This document shows positions 21,152 through 40,978 of a DNA stretch of 64,000 nucleotides, in pieces; within the stretch, counting starts at the first letter, position 1, and each line of letters opens with the position of its first letter. The stretch lies in NCBI RefSeq assembly GCF_009914755.1, contig NC_060940.1; one strand, written 5' to 3'. The DNA comes from the human T2T-CHM13v2.0 reference genome, Homo sapiens. The position numbers and the translations under genes were made by a program. The notes under the pieces are model-generated. The model worked only from the letters and a program-made list of their open reading frames with translations, did not search any database and had not been told where the DNA came from.

Positions 21152-21344
21152 TGAACTCCTGACCTTGTGATCTGCCTGCCTTGGCCTCCCAAAGTGCTGG
21201 GATTACAGGTGTGAGCCACCACGCCTGGCCTGCCACTCACACTTTATAGTGAGTTTTGAAATCAGGCAGCCTGAGCCCTCCAACTCATCCTGTTTCAAAC
21301 CTGTTGTGGCTTGTCTAGATTCTTGTATTTCCATATAAATTTAG

Positions 21345-21581
<237 letters not shown>

Positions 21582-22082
21582 TGATTTTTAGTAGAGCTGC
21601 GGTTTCACCGTGTTAGCCAGGATGATCTCAATCTCCTGACCTTGTGATTCGCCCTCCTCTGCCTCCCAAAGTGCTGGGATTACAGGTGTGAGCCACTGTG
21701 TCTGGCCCCTGATGGGATCTTAATAGGGACTTCATGGGATCTATGGGCCCATCTGGGGAGACAGAAATCTTAATAGGAGTCTCCTACCCAATGAACATGG
21801 GCTGTCTTTCCATTTCTCTCAGCAATGTCTCGTATTTTCAGTGTATAAATCTTCAGTTTCCTTCACCAAGGTGGCCCCTAAGTGTGTGTTCTCGTTTCCA
21901 TGCTAGTGAATGGCGTCTTAGTTTTGTTTGGATTGTTCGTAGTCTATAGAAAGGCAATGAATCTGTTAACTCTGGGTCCCGGGGCCCAGCTGAACTTCCT
22001 TGTTCCGGTTGTGTGTGTCCCGTAGGCCTTGCTATGTAGAGGATCCTCGTGCTATGAACAGACACTTTTACCTTTTCCTTTC

Positions 22083-22085
<3 letters not shown>

Positions 22086-22131
<46 letters not shown>
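22086..22131. repeat. (TA)23 microsatellite
   Basis: Directly visible. Confidence 0.97.
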
Positions 22132-22135
<4 letters not shown>

Positions 22136-22225
22136 GCATCTTATTAAACCCCTTGTTCCTGCCTTTAGAGGGAACCATCGTCACCCACCATGAATTACGC
22201 TGCCAGCTGTGTTTCTCACGGATGC

Positions 22226-22997
<772 letters not shown>

Positions 22998-23901
22998 GAT
23001 GGCCTTTTCCAGCTGGGGACTTCCCCTTCTGTTCCTGGGTTGTGAGAGTCTTTATCAGGAACAGGTGTGGGACTTTTGTGCTGTGCTTTTCTGCATTGAT
23101 TGAGATGTATCTTGTGGGTGCTTTTTTTTTTTTTTTTTTTTTTTTGGAAACAGGCTCTGGCTGTTTCCCAGGCTAGAGTGCAGTGGCACGATCTCAGCTC
23201 ACTGGACTTGCACCTCCTGGGCGCAAATGATCCTCTGGTTTCAGCCTTGTGAGTAGCTAAGACCATAAGCATGCACTCCCATCCATGCCTGGCTAATTTT
23301 TGTTTTTTTTGTTTGTTTATTTTGGTAGAGACAGGGTTTCGCTATATTGCCCAGGCTAGTCTTGAACTCCTGGGCTCAAGCAATCCGCCCACCTCAGCCT
23401 CCCAAAGTGCTGGGATTACAGGCATCTGTTTTTCTATTAATGTGGCTTATGACGTTAAGTGCTTCGTAGATGTTTAAGCAACCTCACTTTGCTGTGATAC
23501 ACCCACGTGGTCTTGGTGTATGATGTTGCCGAGTTTGGGTTGCTAATATTTTGTTAAGGATCTTTATGTCTGTATTCATGATGGACATTGTTCTGTGGGG
23601 TGGGGGCACGGATTATGATGCCTTTCGCTGCCTTTAGCCTCTTAGACTCAGATGGGCGTGTCTCATCCTCCACATTCTGAAGATTGTGAATGGTTGGTGT
23701 TATTGACAGTATACAGTGGCAGCCACGTGGGCACAGGCTTTCTGTAGGAAGACTCAGGACTTTTCATTACTATAATTTCTTGTTATAGGTCTATTTAGAT
23801 TTTCTATTAAATTTCTCAGATTTCTGAGCCAATTTAAGTGATTTGTGTCCCTCTAGGAGTTTGTCAGTTTCACCTAATTTGTTGGTACAGAGTTTTCCTA
23901 G

Positions 23902-24132
<231 letters not shown>

Positions 24133-24412
24133 TAGCCAGGATGAGTCTGGATCTCCTGATCTCGTGATCCACCTGCCTCAGCCTTCCAAAGTGCTGGGAT
24201 TACAGGCCTGAGCCACTCTGCCCGGCCAAGTCCTGTTCATTTCTGTAGGATTGGTAGTGATGTCCCCTCTTTCATGCTTTTGGTAGTCAGTCTAGCTAAG
24301 AGTTTGCCAATTTTGTTGATCTTTTCAAGGAACTAACTCTTTTGGTTTTTCTGCTTTCTAGTTTACTAATTTCCTCTCTAATCTTTCTTTAGGTTTCATT
24401 TGTTCTTTCTAA

Positions 24413-24742
<330 letters not shown>

Positions 24743-26114
24743 TGAGACAACAGTCTTGTTCGTTGCCCAGGCTGGAGTGCAGTGGCATGATCTCGGCTTA
24801 CTGCAAGCTCCACCTCCCAAGTTTACGCCTGGCTAATTTTTTGTATTTTTAATAGAGACAGGGTTTCACCATGTTAGCCAGGATAGTATCGATCTCCTGA
24901 CCTCATGATCCGCCTGCCTCAGCCTCTCAAAGTGCTGGGATTACAGGCATGAGCCACCGTACCCTGCCCAACATTTTTTATTTGAGACCCCCTTTTATTA
25001 CATAGGTGGTTAAAGCTATAAATTTCCCTCTAAGCACTGTCAACTCCCACAACTACTGCCTGCCCCACCACCCCTACCATTCAGATCAGACATCAAGGCC
25101 AGGTGCAGTGCCTTCCACCTGTAATCCCAGCACTTTGGGAGGCAGAGGTGGGTGGATCACCTGAGGTCAGGAGTTCAAGACCAGCCTGGCCAACGTGGCA
25201 AAACCCCATCTCTACTAAAAATACAAAAATGTAGCCGGGCATGGTGGTGCACACCTGTAATCCCAGCTACTCAGGCGGCTGAGGCAAGAGAATCACTTGA
25301 GCCCAGGAGGCAGAGGCTGCAGTGAGCCGAGATTGCACCACGGCACCCCAGCCTGGGCAACAGAGCGAGATCCTGTCTCAAGAAAATAAAAGATCAGATG
25401 TTCAGGCATTTGTTGCATCCAAAGAGGGCTGTTAAAATTACTTATTGGTTGACAAATGAGCACAGTGTTTGTTATAGAATGGAAACATTTAAGATTCTGG
25501 CCTAAGAATATTTGCTGAACAATAGAACAAACTCTTTGCGCTGGGGTGGGGGTAGTGGGAGAAGAAAGCCGGAGAAGCAGTCTGCCCTGCCTCCTCACAC
25601 ACGCCTGGCTTCCGTGGCATCCCAGAGGGGTCTGCGAGTATGCGAACAGACCAGTGACCCCTCCGGGGGGAGGGCATGCATGTGGTCTAGAAGTGCAGTG
25701 CCAGCCTTCCTCTTCAATCCACAAGCCTCGGGCCAGGCTTGCTCCTAGGTCCCAGGGCCGCTCTGCCCCTCCACTCAGAAGAGTCTGTCTATAGGACCAG
25801 GTGGCAGAGGGTGTGGGCCCCACACAGAGTCACCTCCCCTCACAGCTCACTGAGAGAGCAGTCAGTCAGTCAGTGAATAGGTCAAATGTTTCAGAACACG
25901 CGAGAGGCGGCTGCAGCATTGTGAATGGACTAAATACCACTCAACTGCATGATTAATTAATTTCTTTGAGACAGGGTCTCCCTGTTCCCCAAGCCAGAAT
26001 GCAGTGGCACAAGCAATGCTCACTGCAGCCTTGGACTCCCGGGCTCAAGCGATCCTCCTGCCTCAGCCTCCTGAGTAGCTAGGACTACAGCTGCACACCA
26101 CCCTGCCCAGGTAA

Positions 26115-26345
<231 letters not shown>

Positions 26346-27122
26346 TAGCCAGGATGGACTCGATCTCCTGACCTCGTGATCCACCCGCCTCGGCCTCCCA
26401 AAGTGCTGGGATCACAGGCTTAGCCACCACGCCCCAGCCCTAAATTTCAGATTAGCCTTAGGGGTTGCCTTTTCCTGCCCTTCCCTCATAGACCCTCTGC
26501 CACCAGCCACACCCAGAGCCGGGGCAGGACATGTGGCCACCTACCCAGCCCTCCCGGGGTCACAGGCCGAGAGCACTCCCCAGCTGGCTGCTTCCCCAGA
26601 GGGCAGTTTGTGCTTTCTCAAGCAGAGGCAGGTGGGTGCTGCCAAGCAGGAGCACTGCCTGGAGGTCGCGCGATCTGGCCGCCTCCAGGAAGAAGACGCG
26701 GCCACCTCTCCCTGCCGGGGGCCTGAACAGATCAGACCACAAGCACAGGCTGCAAAGGTACCGACCGCAGCAGTGGGCCTGACAGTCGCATCAGCACCCA
26801 GCCAAGGCCACAGCAAAGGCACCGGCTCACGCCTGACCTGAAGCGTGGGTGGGGGGACTGCAGTGGCTCATGGAGGAGGAAGGAGGCCCGAGGGGACAAG
26901 CAGAGGCCTAAAGGCCAGAAGAAAACAGTCTGCAAGGGGAAGTTATGGGAATAAATACTTGTTAAACTTCTCTTATAAATATGCATTAAAACGTCCGATA
27001 ACACAAGCCAAGGGCTGTAAAATTAAGGTTAAATCAAGACTGAATTTCCCGCACGGACCAGCAGGAAAGCCAGTTACCTAAAAGAGCCTAATCCCCAAAT
27101 CCGCTGAAGGTGCAGGGCGGCC

Positions 27123-27401
<279 letters not shown>

Positions 27402-27592
27402 TCACACCCCGGCCAAGGTGCCAGGAAAGGCCGGACCCCCCTCAAGAAGAGTGCTCAGGCTCTGCGGCTGCACCTGCGACAGCTCCCCAAGGCAGCCTCA
27501 GCCATCTGGGGTCTCGGACGTACCGGCTGTGTGTGCAGCAGTGGGACTGCCAGAGGGGAGGGGCCCGCACCCACCACCTGCCCTGGGCCTCA

Positions 27593-27694
<102 letters not shown>

Positions 27695-28921
27695 TTATCA
27701 CGGGAACTTCACAGGATGGCAGACCAGGCACGGAGGCTCACGTCTGTGATACCAGCACTTTGGGAGGCTAAGGCAGATGGATCACTTGAGCCCTGGAGTT
27801 TGAGACCAGCCTGGACAACATGGCGAGACCCTGTGTCTACTAAAAATACAAAAAACTAGCCAGGCATGGTGGCAGGCACCTGTGGTCCCAGCTACTCAGG
27901 GGGCTGAGGTGGGAGGATCTCTTGAGCACAGGTCGAGGCTACAGTGAGCCAAGACTGTGCTACTGCCCTCCAGCCTGGGTGACAGCGACATCACGTCTCA
28001 AAAAAGATGCTTCAGAACACCTCCTGGTAACCTTAGCACACTGCCCGACTGACAAGGCTGAGAAGGCAAGGTGAGCAGACCCCGGCGGGTGTGCGCGTAT
28101 GGAAGAGGGAAGAGAAGCCAGCGTCCGGGATGAGCCACACATCCGCCTTCCCGCACCGGCCTGGAGAGGACGACAGGGACGGAGCTTCCTTTTCATTCAC
28201 ATGGTTTACATTTCACATTATGGAGGTAACAGCAATGCAGGAGACACAGAAAAGAAACCGCCACAGCTGCACCCTCACAGCAAGCACGGGGAGGAGGGGC
28301 ACAGGGACCAGCAGCAGGGGAGGCCACCCAAGCCCCTGCAGGCAGGCAGCTGGTCACCTCCTCTCGAGATGGAGATGGTCTCCCTTCCGACCAGCACTGA
28401 CCAGGGCAGATGGGGTGGGGGCGGGGGGAGGAGAATGCAAACCCAGCCACGGGGCCAACAGTTAGCAGGAAAACACAGGGCGGCAACAGCGGGGTCTCCA
28501 CACAGCCCCGGCCCTTCTACCGCAGCCGCACCAGGAGGGCCTCAGGGCAGAGCTCTGACAGAAGCTGCTGGTGCCCACGCACAGGCTCAAGACCACCGCG
28601 CCTCACCCCCGAGGTTCCCCACCCGCTATGGGCAGTGGTGTCGGTGAGTGACTCTTCAGCTGGTAGAGCTGCACCAAGCGGGGGTCTGGTAGATGCCAAG
28701 ATGGTTTCTCACTAATCTGTTCTTCCCTTCTGGCGAAAAGAATCTGAGAATGTTTTAAAATATTCCCTGTGTTCCCACCAACATTCTCAATCCTAAGAAA
28801 TCTCCCTCTGCCTCCTACGAGGGAAGCAAAGTTAACACTTCTAAGGAGACCTTTAAAACAGAGGAAGTACAAATTGTCATAAGCTTTTAGGTTACCTATT
28901 AAAACGAGTTTTAATGTTCTA

Positions 28922-29603
<682 letters not shown>

Positions 29604-30130
29604 TCAGAAGAGCTCCACCTCGTGTGGGTTCTGGACTCCAGGGTGCAAAAGGAGTTGAAAACTCTCAACGTCCCTCCTATTGGGATTGGTAAAATGATTT
29701 ATGGGTGACACCCACGCAATAGTATATTTTACACCTATCAAAAAGAATGAGGCCGGGCGTGGTTGGCACATGCCTGTAATCCCAGCACTTTGGGAGGCCA
29801 AGGCAGGAGGATCACTTGAGCCCAGAAATTCAAGACCAGCCTAGGCAACATGCTGTAAACCCCCTCTCTACCAAAAATACAAAAATTAACCAGGCATGAT
29901 GGCACAGGCCTGTAGTCCCAGCTACGGGAGGCTGAGGCAGCAGAATCGCCTGAACCCAGGAGGCGGAGGTTGCAGTGAGCCGAGATTGTGCCACTGCACT
30001 CCAGCCTGGGCGGCAGAGCAAGACGCTGTCTCTCCCCAACCAAAAAAAAAAAAAAAAAAGAATGACAGGCCAGGCACAGTGGCTCACGCCTGTAATCCCA
30101 GCACTTTGGGAGGCTGAGGCGGGCAGATCA

Positions 30131-30453
<323 letters not shown>

Positions 30454-30902
30454 TCATACTAAGTTTTAAAACTATACAAATTCCAAAAATAAAATACATG
30501 AGAAAATTTTTTGACCTTGCGATAAACAAAGATTTCTTAGATGGGAGACAAAAAAGAATGAAGCATAAAAGAATCTATTGGACTTCATTAAAATTAAAAA
30601 TGTTGGCTCAAAAGATACTGCTAAGAAAACCAGAGGCCGCAGAATGGGAGGCGCCCTGCAGGAGGCGGCCTCTCACCAGGGACTGGGCTCCAGCACCTCC
30701 TTTCAAACGGCTGGCTCCACCGCGTGGGCTGGCTCCACCGTGTGGTGTGCCGAAAGACACGGACCAGCTGGTGTGCCCACGCCTTCCCAGCAGGAAAGCA
30801 AACACCACAAGCACCGGGGAAGGGGAGTTTGGCAGTTTCTTTAAAAGTCAAACACACCTCCCATCCAGCCCGGCCACTCCCTTCTCCTGGGTGTTCACAC
30901 GG

Positions 30903-31291
30903 GGCTGCGGCTGGGATGTCCATCCCTCCAAACGCATGCTCAAATCTGATCCCCAATTAATGGAGGTGTTTGGATCATGGGGGGAATCCTTTGTGAACGG
31001 CTTGGTGCCCTGCTCCAAGTGCGAGTTTTTGCTGTTAGTTCCCACAGGATCTGGTTGTTTAAAAGAAACTTTTGCCTCCCCCACTCTCTCCTTCCTCTGG
31101 CCACATGCTTCACACCCACCAGCTCCTTTCGCCTTCTGCCATGAGCAGAAGCAGCCTGAGGCCTCACCAGGTGCAGACGCCCAGGCCATGCTGCTTATAT
31201 AGCCTGCATAACCATGAGCCACATAAACCTCCTTTTATAAGTCACCCGGCCTCAAGTATTCCTTTATAGCAACACCACACAGACTAAGACA
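30903..31291 (+). mobile_element. MST-family (MaLR) solo LTR
   Basis: GAGGTGTTTGGATCATGGGGG, CCTTCTGCCATGAG, terminus CCTTTATAGCAACAC..AGACTAAGACA. Confidence 0.8.
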
Positions 31292-31766
31292 CCCAGGAAG
31301 TTAATACGCATCCACTGTATTTATAACTAGTATCAACAAATAATCATGACCAGAAGTGCTTAGGGATCCATTTAGTAACACGTGCAAGACCTTGAACACG
31401 CAAATTTCAAAACACTGCTGAGAAAAGCTAAAGACATTCATAGATGGAAAGCTCACAGAAACACTCAATGTTAAGATCGCAATTCTCGCCACATCAGTTA
31501 TCACAACAGTCCCAATCAGCAGCCAGGCTAGCTTTTCTGATAGAAGTTCACGAGATGATTCTGAAAACGGAAATGTAAAAGGCTTAAAACAACTAAAACC
31601 ATTTTGAAAAAGAACACTGGAGGATTCACACATACCAGTGCCAAGACTCAGCACAGAGTTACAGTCATCAAGGTGCTGTCCTCGGACACCGTGGCAAGTC
31701 ATAGAGACCAACGAAACAGAGCAGAGACCAGAAGCAGACTCGGGCATAGAGGGCCCATTCTTTTCA

Positions 31767-32366
<600 letters not shown>

Positions 32367-32528
32367 TCACCAAAACTATAAACTATTTTCCAAAAGACAA
32401 TGTTAAGAAAATGAAAAGGCAAGCCATGAGCTGGGAGAGAAAAACATCTTTTAAATATATATCTCAGCTGGGCGTGGTGGGTCACGCCTGTAATCCCAGC
32501 ACTTTGGGAGGCCAAGGCGGGTGGATCA

Positions 32529-32972
<444 letters not shown>

Positions 32973-33787
32973 TCATGGGGAAATCCACATTTTAAAGGCA
33001 GTGAGACGCCACCACAGGCAAGTTAGAATGGCAAAAATTGGAGAGACCGACAACACCAAGCAGTGCTGGCACAGCATGGAGGCCCCGGAACTCAAGCATT
33101 GGTGGGGGACTGTAGAACAGTACAACCATTTTTGGAAAACGGTTCACACCTTTAACCACACAACACAGCAATTCCACTCTTAGGTAGTATCCAAGAGCAA
33201 TAAAAACATGTTCACAAAAGACTTGTACACAAATGTCCATAGCAGCTTTATTCAAATAGCAAAAAACTGGAAACAGACAAATGCATAAACAAATTGTAGC
33301 ATTTCCACACAATGGGCTACTCAGAAGCAAAGAGCGTGGCTGACCCTCACCAACATCAGCGGGGCCGAGAATGCCACAGAGATGACGGAGCAATGAGATT
33401 CTGTTCATGGGAAACTAGAAAGTGACCTGAGGTCACAGCAGAGCAACAGCTGGCGGGGACGCCACATGGGAGGGACACAGGAGCCTTTGGGGTAGTGGTA
33501 AGTTCCACATCTGGACTGTGGAGGGGATTACACAAGTGCAAACATCATCAACATTCCTCAAACTGCAATCTGTCCACTCAAGACAGACACACGGGCCAGG
33601 TGACGTGGCTCACGCCTGTAATCTCAGCACTTTGGGAGGCCAAGGCAGGCGGATTACCTGAAGTCAGGAGTTCAAGACGAGCCTGGCCAACATGGCAAAA
33701 CCCTATCTCTACTAAAAGTAGAAAAATTAGCTGGGCGTGTTGGCTGGCGCCTGTAATCCCAGCTACTCAAGAGGCTGAGGCAGGGAG

Positions 33788-33818
<31 letters not shown>

Positions 33819-34526
33819 ACGGAGTCTCGCTCTGTCACCAGGCTGGAGCGCAGTGGAGCGATCTTGGCTCACTGCAACCTCTGCCTCCTGGGTTCAAGCG
33901 ATTCTCCTGCCTCAGCCTCCTGAGTAGTTGGGATTACAAGCGTGAGCCACCACGCCCGGCCAGCAGGGAGAATTTCTTGAACCCGGGAGGTGCTGGTTGC
34001 AGTGAGCCGAGATTACGCCACTGTACTCCAGCCTGGGCGACAGAGGGAGACTCCGTCTCAAAAAAAAATTAAAAAAAAAAAAAAGATGAGTATTTATGAT
34101 TCATCTGATTTAGAGTTGGAATTTGCATGAGTAAATACTGTAAAATAATGTTAACCTCTACTCTAAGAAATTGAAAAAGATGCTCAAAAAACCGGGTGAT
34201 TTATTTAAAACAACCCTGTCAGAGGCAGCGACTCTCACTCCACTCAGCAGAGGGAGCCCACGCCTGAGACCACCCAGGCGTGCGTGCTTGTGACACCGTT
34301 TCCAGTGAATTCGGGGAAACACACCCCTGGAGAACCCCGTCCTGCTCCTGGCAGACTTTGGCCCAGCTGGCCTGGGCTACGCCATGGAGGCTCACGTGGG
34401 GCCACCGTGGAGATAAGAGTCCTTTGGACACAGAGCCACGTTCTGTGGCCTGGAGAGCCAGCAGAGCCACGTGCTGCCAGCCTGACCCTACTGCTCAGAA
34501 TGTGGGAACAGGCTGGGCGCTTTTTA

Positions 34527-35371
<845 letters not shown>

Positions 35372-36932
35372 TCACTGCCCCCAATCCCACCAACTGTGGC
35401 TCTGAGACCCTCACAAATCCAGCCCTCTCCCCAAACACGCAGCAGCCCCTCTCAGGCCCATGCCTGGCTCCCATCTTCCCTTGGCCCCAGCAGCCAGCGC
35501 CACCCTGTGACCAAGGTCTCACCACCCTGGCTGAGCTGAGCGGGACCACCTCTCACCCATGGCGGAAGATGCGGCCCACACCGCTGGGCACCTCAGGCGC
35601 ACCCAGGCTCCTTCCGGCCTCGGCCTCAGGACGGCATCCCCACCCCATCACTGCCCAGGCCTCTGTCCCCGCTTGCCCTCCTCTTGCTGCTTCGCGGCTG
35701 TCCTGGCCTCGCTGACCTCACGTGGCCGTCTGCCCCAGAAACAGGGCAGTCCCCTGAGAGGAGGGTGCCCAGCACCCAGCACAGTGGAGGCCGCCCCACT
35801 TCTCACCACCTGGGGCAGAGAAGCATGCAGCGGTGCTGGGCACAGGCCAAGGCCAGGAGTCCTTCTGGGCACGAGAGATGGGAATGGACGGTGGGGAGCC
35901 TGTTCCCCTGAAGGGCCCTAGACCTCGAGTCTGAGGACCAGCAGGAGGCCATGGAGTCCCCAGAGATAGGGAAGGGCAGACAGAGGCGAACTTGGGGCCT
36001 GGGGCTTCTGCTCCACAGGGCTGTCCTTGCGCCAGGCACACAGCCCAGGAGGCACAGGTGAGACCCAGGGACTCCGTGCTCGCTGCCCTGAGAAGAATCC
36101 TAAATCTGAGGTCCCCAACTCCATCCCTCCCACACCGGCACCACCCAGGCTCATCCCCCAGCCCTGCGCACTGCAGCCTGAAGGCACCTTATCCCTCACA
36201 GCGAGGCGCCCGTCCCTCCCGCCATGCCCTCCGCCCTCCTCTGGGGCTCCCTGGCCACACCTTCTCCCTGCACCCCTGGTTTGACTCCACCCAGGGGTCC
36301 GAGTGTGGCCCTGGGTCACTCCCACCTGGGTTCAAGGCTGGGGCTGCCACCTCCCACCAGGAGGCCTCCCAGCCGTACAAGGCCCACATCGAGTCACCGG
36401 GTGAAACCCCGCACTGTGAGGCCAGTCGGGACAAGGCCACAGTAACAAGCACGGGAGGCAGCCCCCACCACCAGCAGCCTCCGCACCGCCTTAGAAGGCC
36501 GCAGCCATGAAGGGCCCGGCCTACAGTGAGGCCGTCCCCCGGCCATATGACCTCCACAGGTGGCTCCACAGGTCTGCAACCACCCTGGGAGGCAGGCAGG
36601 GCCCCCAGACTAGCACAGGTCCCTGAGTCCACACTACGGCATCAAGGAACACAGCCCCAGGGCTGAGCCACCCCTCGCCCTGCTGGAAGAAACTGACTCC
36701 TTTCCCGTGGGACCCGCCCGGACCCCAGCTGTCCAGCAGTCTCCGCCAGCACAGCCCTTGCTGCAAGCGTAACTTCCTTCCAGACCACGATCCAAACCCA
36801 TCATGGGAGGAATCGGCCAGCCCCACCATGAGGCTCCCCAGCACCCACCCCTGGGCCCCCTCACACCGGTGCAACAGAGAAGGCCACGAAGCTGCCCCGT
36901 GAGCCTGCCTGGCAGGAGACACAGGGTCTTCA

Positions 36933-37139
<207 letters not shown>

Positions 37140-37752
37140 TCACGGCGCGCCGCCTGGGCCCTACTGGGCCTCCTCAGCTCTGAGGGAAATGCCCGTGAAG
37201 GTGGGGCAGGTGCTCCCCACCACGGGACTGGGGGACTCGCTCACTCCATGGGTGCGCCCCAAGTGCAGGGCCACCCTGGAGCAAGAGCGTGTAAAAAACC
37301 AAGGGGCTTGTTTCCTCCTTCAAAACTGGGCCAAATCCACGCTCGCCGTCTGGCTAGGAAAGACGGCTTTCCTTCCCACACATGGCCTTTTGTTTTCCTG
37401 TCCCCATCTGCCCCAATTCTTTACTTCAAAAATGTTCACACCCTCAAAAAGGCTGAAGACACCCTCGCAGGGCCCTCCCACCTGTGTGCTGTGCTCTGGC
37501 ACCAAGACCCTGCCCACATGGCCCGCTCCCCAGGGTCTCAGAGCCCTGCTTCACAGCCCCGCACACAGCCGCGTTTTGCACACTCCTCTCCTTGTGCCTA
37601 GACAGAGAAGACCATCCACGCTGCCACAGAGGACCACTGAGAGCACTCCCGGGTCACTGGGGTAAGGGAGCAGAGAGAATGCGGGGAGGGACCCCCCTCC
37701 CCCACGCTCCTGACAGGGCCACGCTGGAGCACCTCCAGGGCTCACTCCTTAC

Positions 37753-37870
37753 CTGCAGTGTGGACAGGTGAGTGATCTTGTGAGTCAGGGCCCCGATACG
37801 GTCGTCACCCCCGTACACCTTCAGTCCCGACTCCAGCTTGACCAGTTTCTCATTCCCGCCAGCATGGTCC
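37753..37870 (-). CDS. HAGH: HAGH exon 4
   Basis: tctag|GGACCAT...CAG|gtaagg; [26 protein letters not shown]. Confidence 0.96.
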
Positions 37871-37892
37871 CTAGAAGTCAAACAGGAGACCT

Positions 37893-37967
37893 GGGCTGCC
37901 TGCTGAGCTGAGGGGGCTGCCTGCTGAGCTGAGGGGGCTGCCTGCTGAGCTGAGGGGCTGCCTGCTG
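37893..37967. repeat. 21-bp minisatellite, about 3.5 copies
   Basis: Unit GGGCTGCCTGCTGAGCTGAGG. Confidence 0.92.
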
Positions 37968-38140
37968 CTCTTAAACCCTAGTCAAACGCAACACTTATTT
38001 TCCACTCACAAAGGAAACCGAGGAAGCAAATCACAGACACCTGGATGATCCTGTGGCCAGGGTTCCGAGCGTGGGGGCCTGGGGTTACCACCTGCACGTC
38101 TTTACAAAGCACCACCTGGTTCCCACCCCCACATCCTAGG

Positions 38141-38267
38141 GCAGTGGGTCTGGGGCGTGGCCTGGGGGTGGATTTCTTGTCCTGGTGCAGTGGGTCTGGG
38201 GAGAGGCCTGGGGTGGATTTCTTGTCCTGGTGCAGTGGGTCCAGGGCATGGCCTGGGGGTGGATTTT
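38141..38267. repeat. About 46-bp minisatellite, about 2.7 copies
   Basis: Unit GCAGTGGGTCTGGGGCGTGGCCTGGGGGTGGATTTCTTGTCCTGGT. Confidence 0.9.
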
Positions 38268-39463
38268 TGATTTTTGAAGGCCCCCAGGTGATCCTGATGT
38301 GCTGCCCAGTTTGTGGCCCGACACTCTGGCAGGAGATCAAACTGTTCAGCATGGGAATCACCTGGGTGCGTCTGGGATGAGCAGCTGGCCCTAGACGCGG
38401 CCTGTCTGCAGGGGAGGCCAGCCTGGGCCAGCTCCAGCAGGTGGAGGTGCCTCCTACGCGCCCAGGTTTCCCCAGGGGAGCCTGCCTGACCCGCAGTTCA
38501 GAAAGGGGCGGTTGAAGGGGCCCTTCCCGGGTCTCACATGATATCACAGACTCCTTCGTGTGCCTCCCATGAAGACTCCAGCAACCACACCAGAAACCGC
38601 CTGCCTTGGCACCACTGGGCCCCAAGATAACAGGGTGGAGTGGTGGCCGCTGCCCTCTGCCCCTCCCACCCTTCAGGAGGGCGCGGCACCACAGGCCTTG
38701 GTCTGCCCATCACCACCCACCATCGGTGAGCAAACCCCACCCCGCTGAAGCTATGGCCTGGCTTAGGACTTCACGTGTCGGCATGAATGTTAGAGGGGCC
38801 GGGGAACTAAAAAGCACCACAGTGTTAGAAAGAGACGTCTGCGGCGAGGCCGGGAGAGGCAGGGAGCTGCAGCAAGCTGTGATGTGCCAGGCAGCCACAC
38901 AGAGGCCACCACCAGGGTCCCCAGGAGGAGGCATGGTGGCAGCAAGGGCCTCGCACGACAGGCAGGCCAACGTGCTGAGAGACAGCAGCTCAGCCACACA
39001 GGACAAGGGCCAGGGAGGCTGCAGGCACCGCCCCTCAAGCCCAGGTCCCTGCACGGACACCTCTGATGACCCCGAAGAGGCTCGAGGGGCCCAACTCACA
39101 GAGCCTGAGACTCTCCAGGCCTAAGTCCAGCTGCGTGTGAACCATGACGCTTCCATCAAACCTTGGCCAAGCCACCAGCACAGCGCTCCCACCACCAAGG
39201 AGAGGACCAAAGGCTTCATTTCACCCCAACACAGAGGCTGGGGAAGCCACAGCTGAGAGGCCCTAGGGCAGTGCCAGACGGGTCCTGGCTCAGGAGAAAG
39301 GTGCCGGTTGCCCTCGGGCGCTTGCTTGGCAAAAAGAAGTAAGTCTCTCTAGCTTTGAAGAGCCTCAAAAATTTCTAAAAGCCAAACAACGGCCTTGAGC
39401 AGGCAATGCCAGCCCTAGAACCCAGACAGGGCATTTTATTCATCCATTTTCAAGGATTTTTAA

Positions 39464-39718
<255 letters not shown>

Positions 39719-39721
39719 TGA

Positions 39722-39838
<117 letters not shown>

Positions 39839-40154
39839 TAGACTCATTTCCTCCCCAACATTGAGGCCAACGTGCCAGGGCACAAACCCGCATGGCCCAG
39901 GAGAGAGCCGGGGGGTGGGGCCTGAGGGTAAGGCTGTAACCTTCTCCCCTCACCCTCGGGGCCTCAGAGTCACTGAGCACCAGACTTGCCCCTTGGGGGC
40001 TACGGTGAGTCCCGGGTCTTTCTCAGAAGTCTGCTGGGGGCTTGTCCTCACAAAGCAGACAGAGCCGTGGGGGGAGACAGGCCTTGATGTCCCTAAACCC
40101 ACCGGGGCGAGAAGTGAGCCAGGTCCCACACCCCCAGGTGAGACGCGGCACTTA

Positions 40155-40403
<249 letters not shown>

Positions 40404-40648
40404 TCAGCCTGACACTCTTGCAACCACCTACGACCGCTCCAAGCCCCTCCAGCTCTGAGGGCACCACCCCCAGAGGCAGCATGCAGGGGCAGAAAGCCCC
40501 CAAGAAGACTCAAGTGCCCAGGATTGTACTGCACAGCGCTTTCTGTGTCACTGCCTCTCGCCTCCACCCTTCTTGGAGCCCTGTTAACAGAGTGGCCGGA
40601 GACTAATTTCCATTTAGCTTAGGCAAAGTTGCAAGGACACTGCGGTTA

Positions 40649-40978
<330 letters not shown>

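Noticed and set aside
37893-38267. Short direct repeats as a CRISPR-like array
   Set aside because: Head-to-tail units without unique spacers; eukaryotic intron; no cas genes
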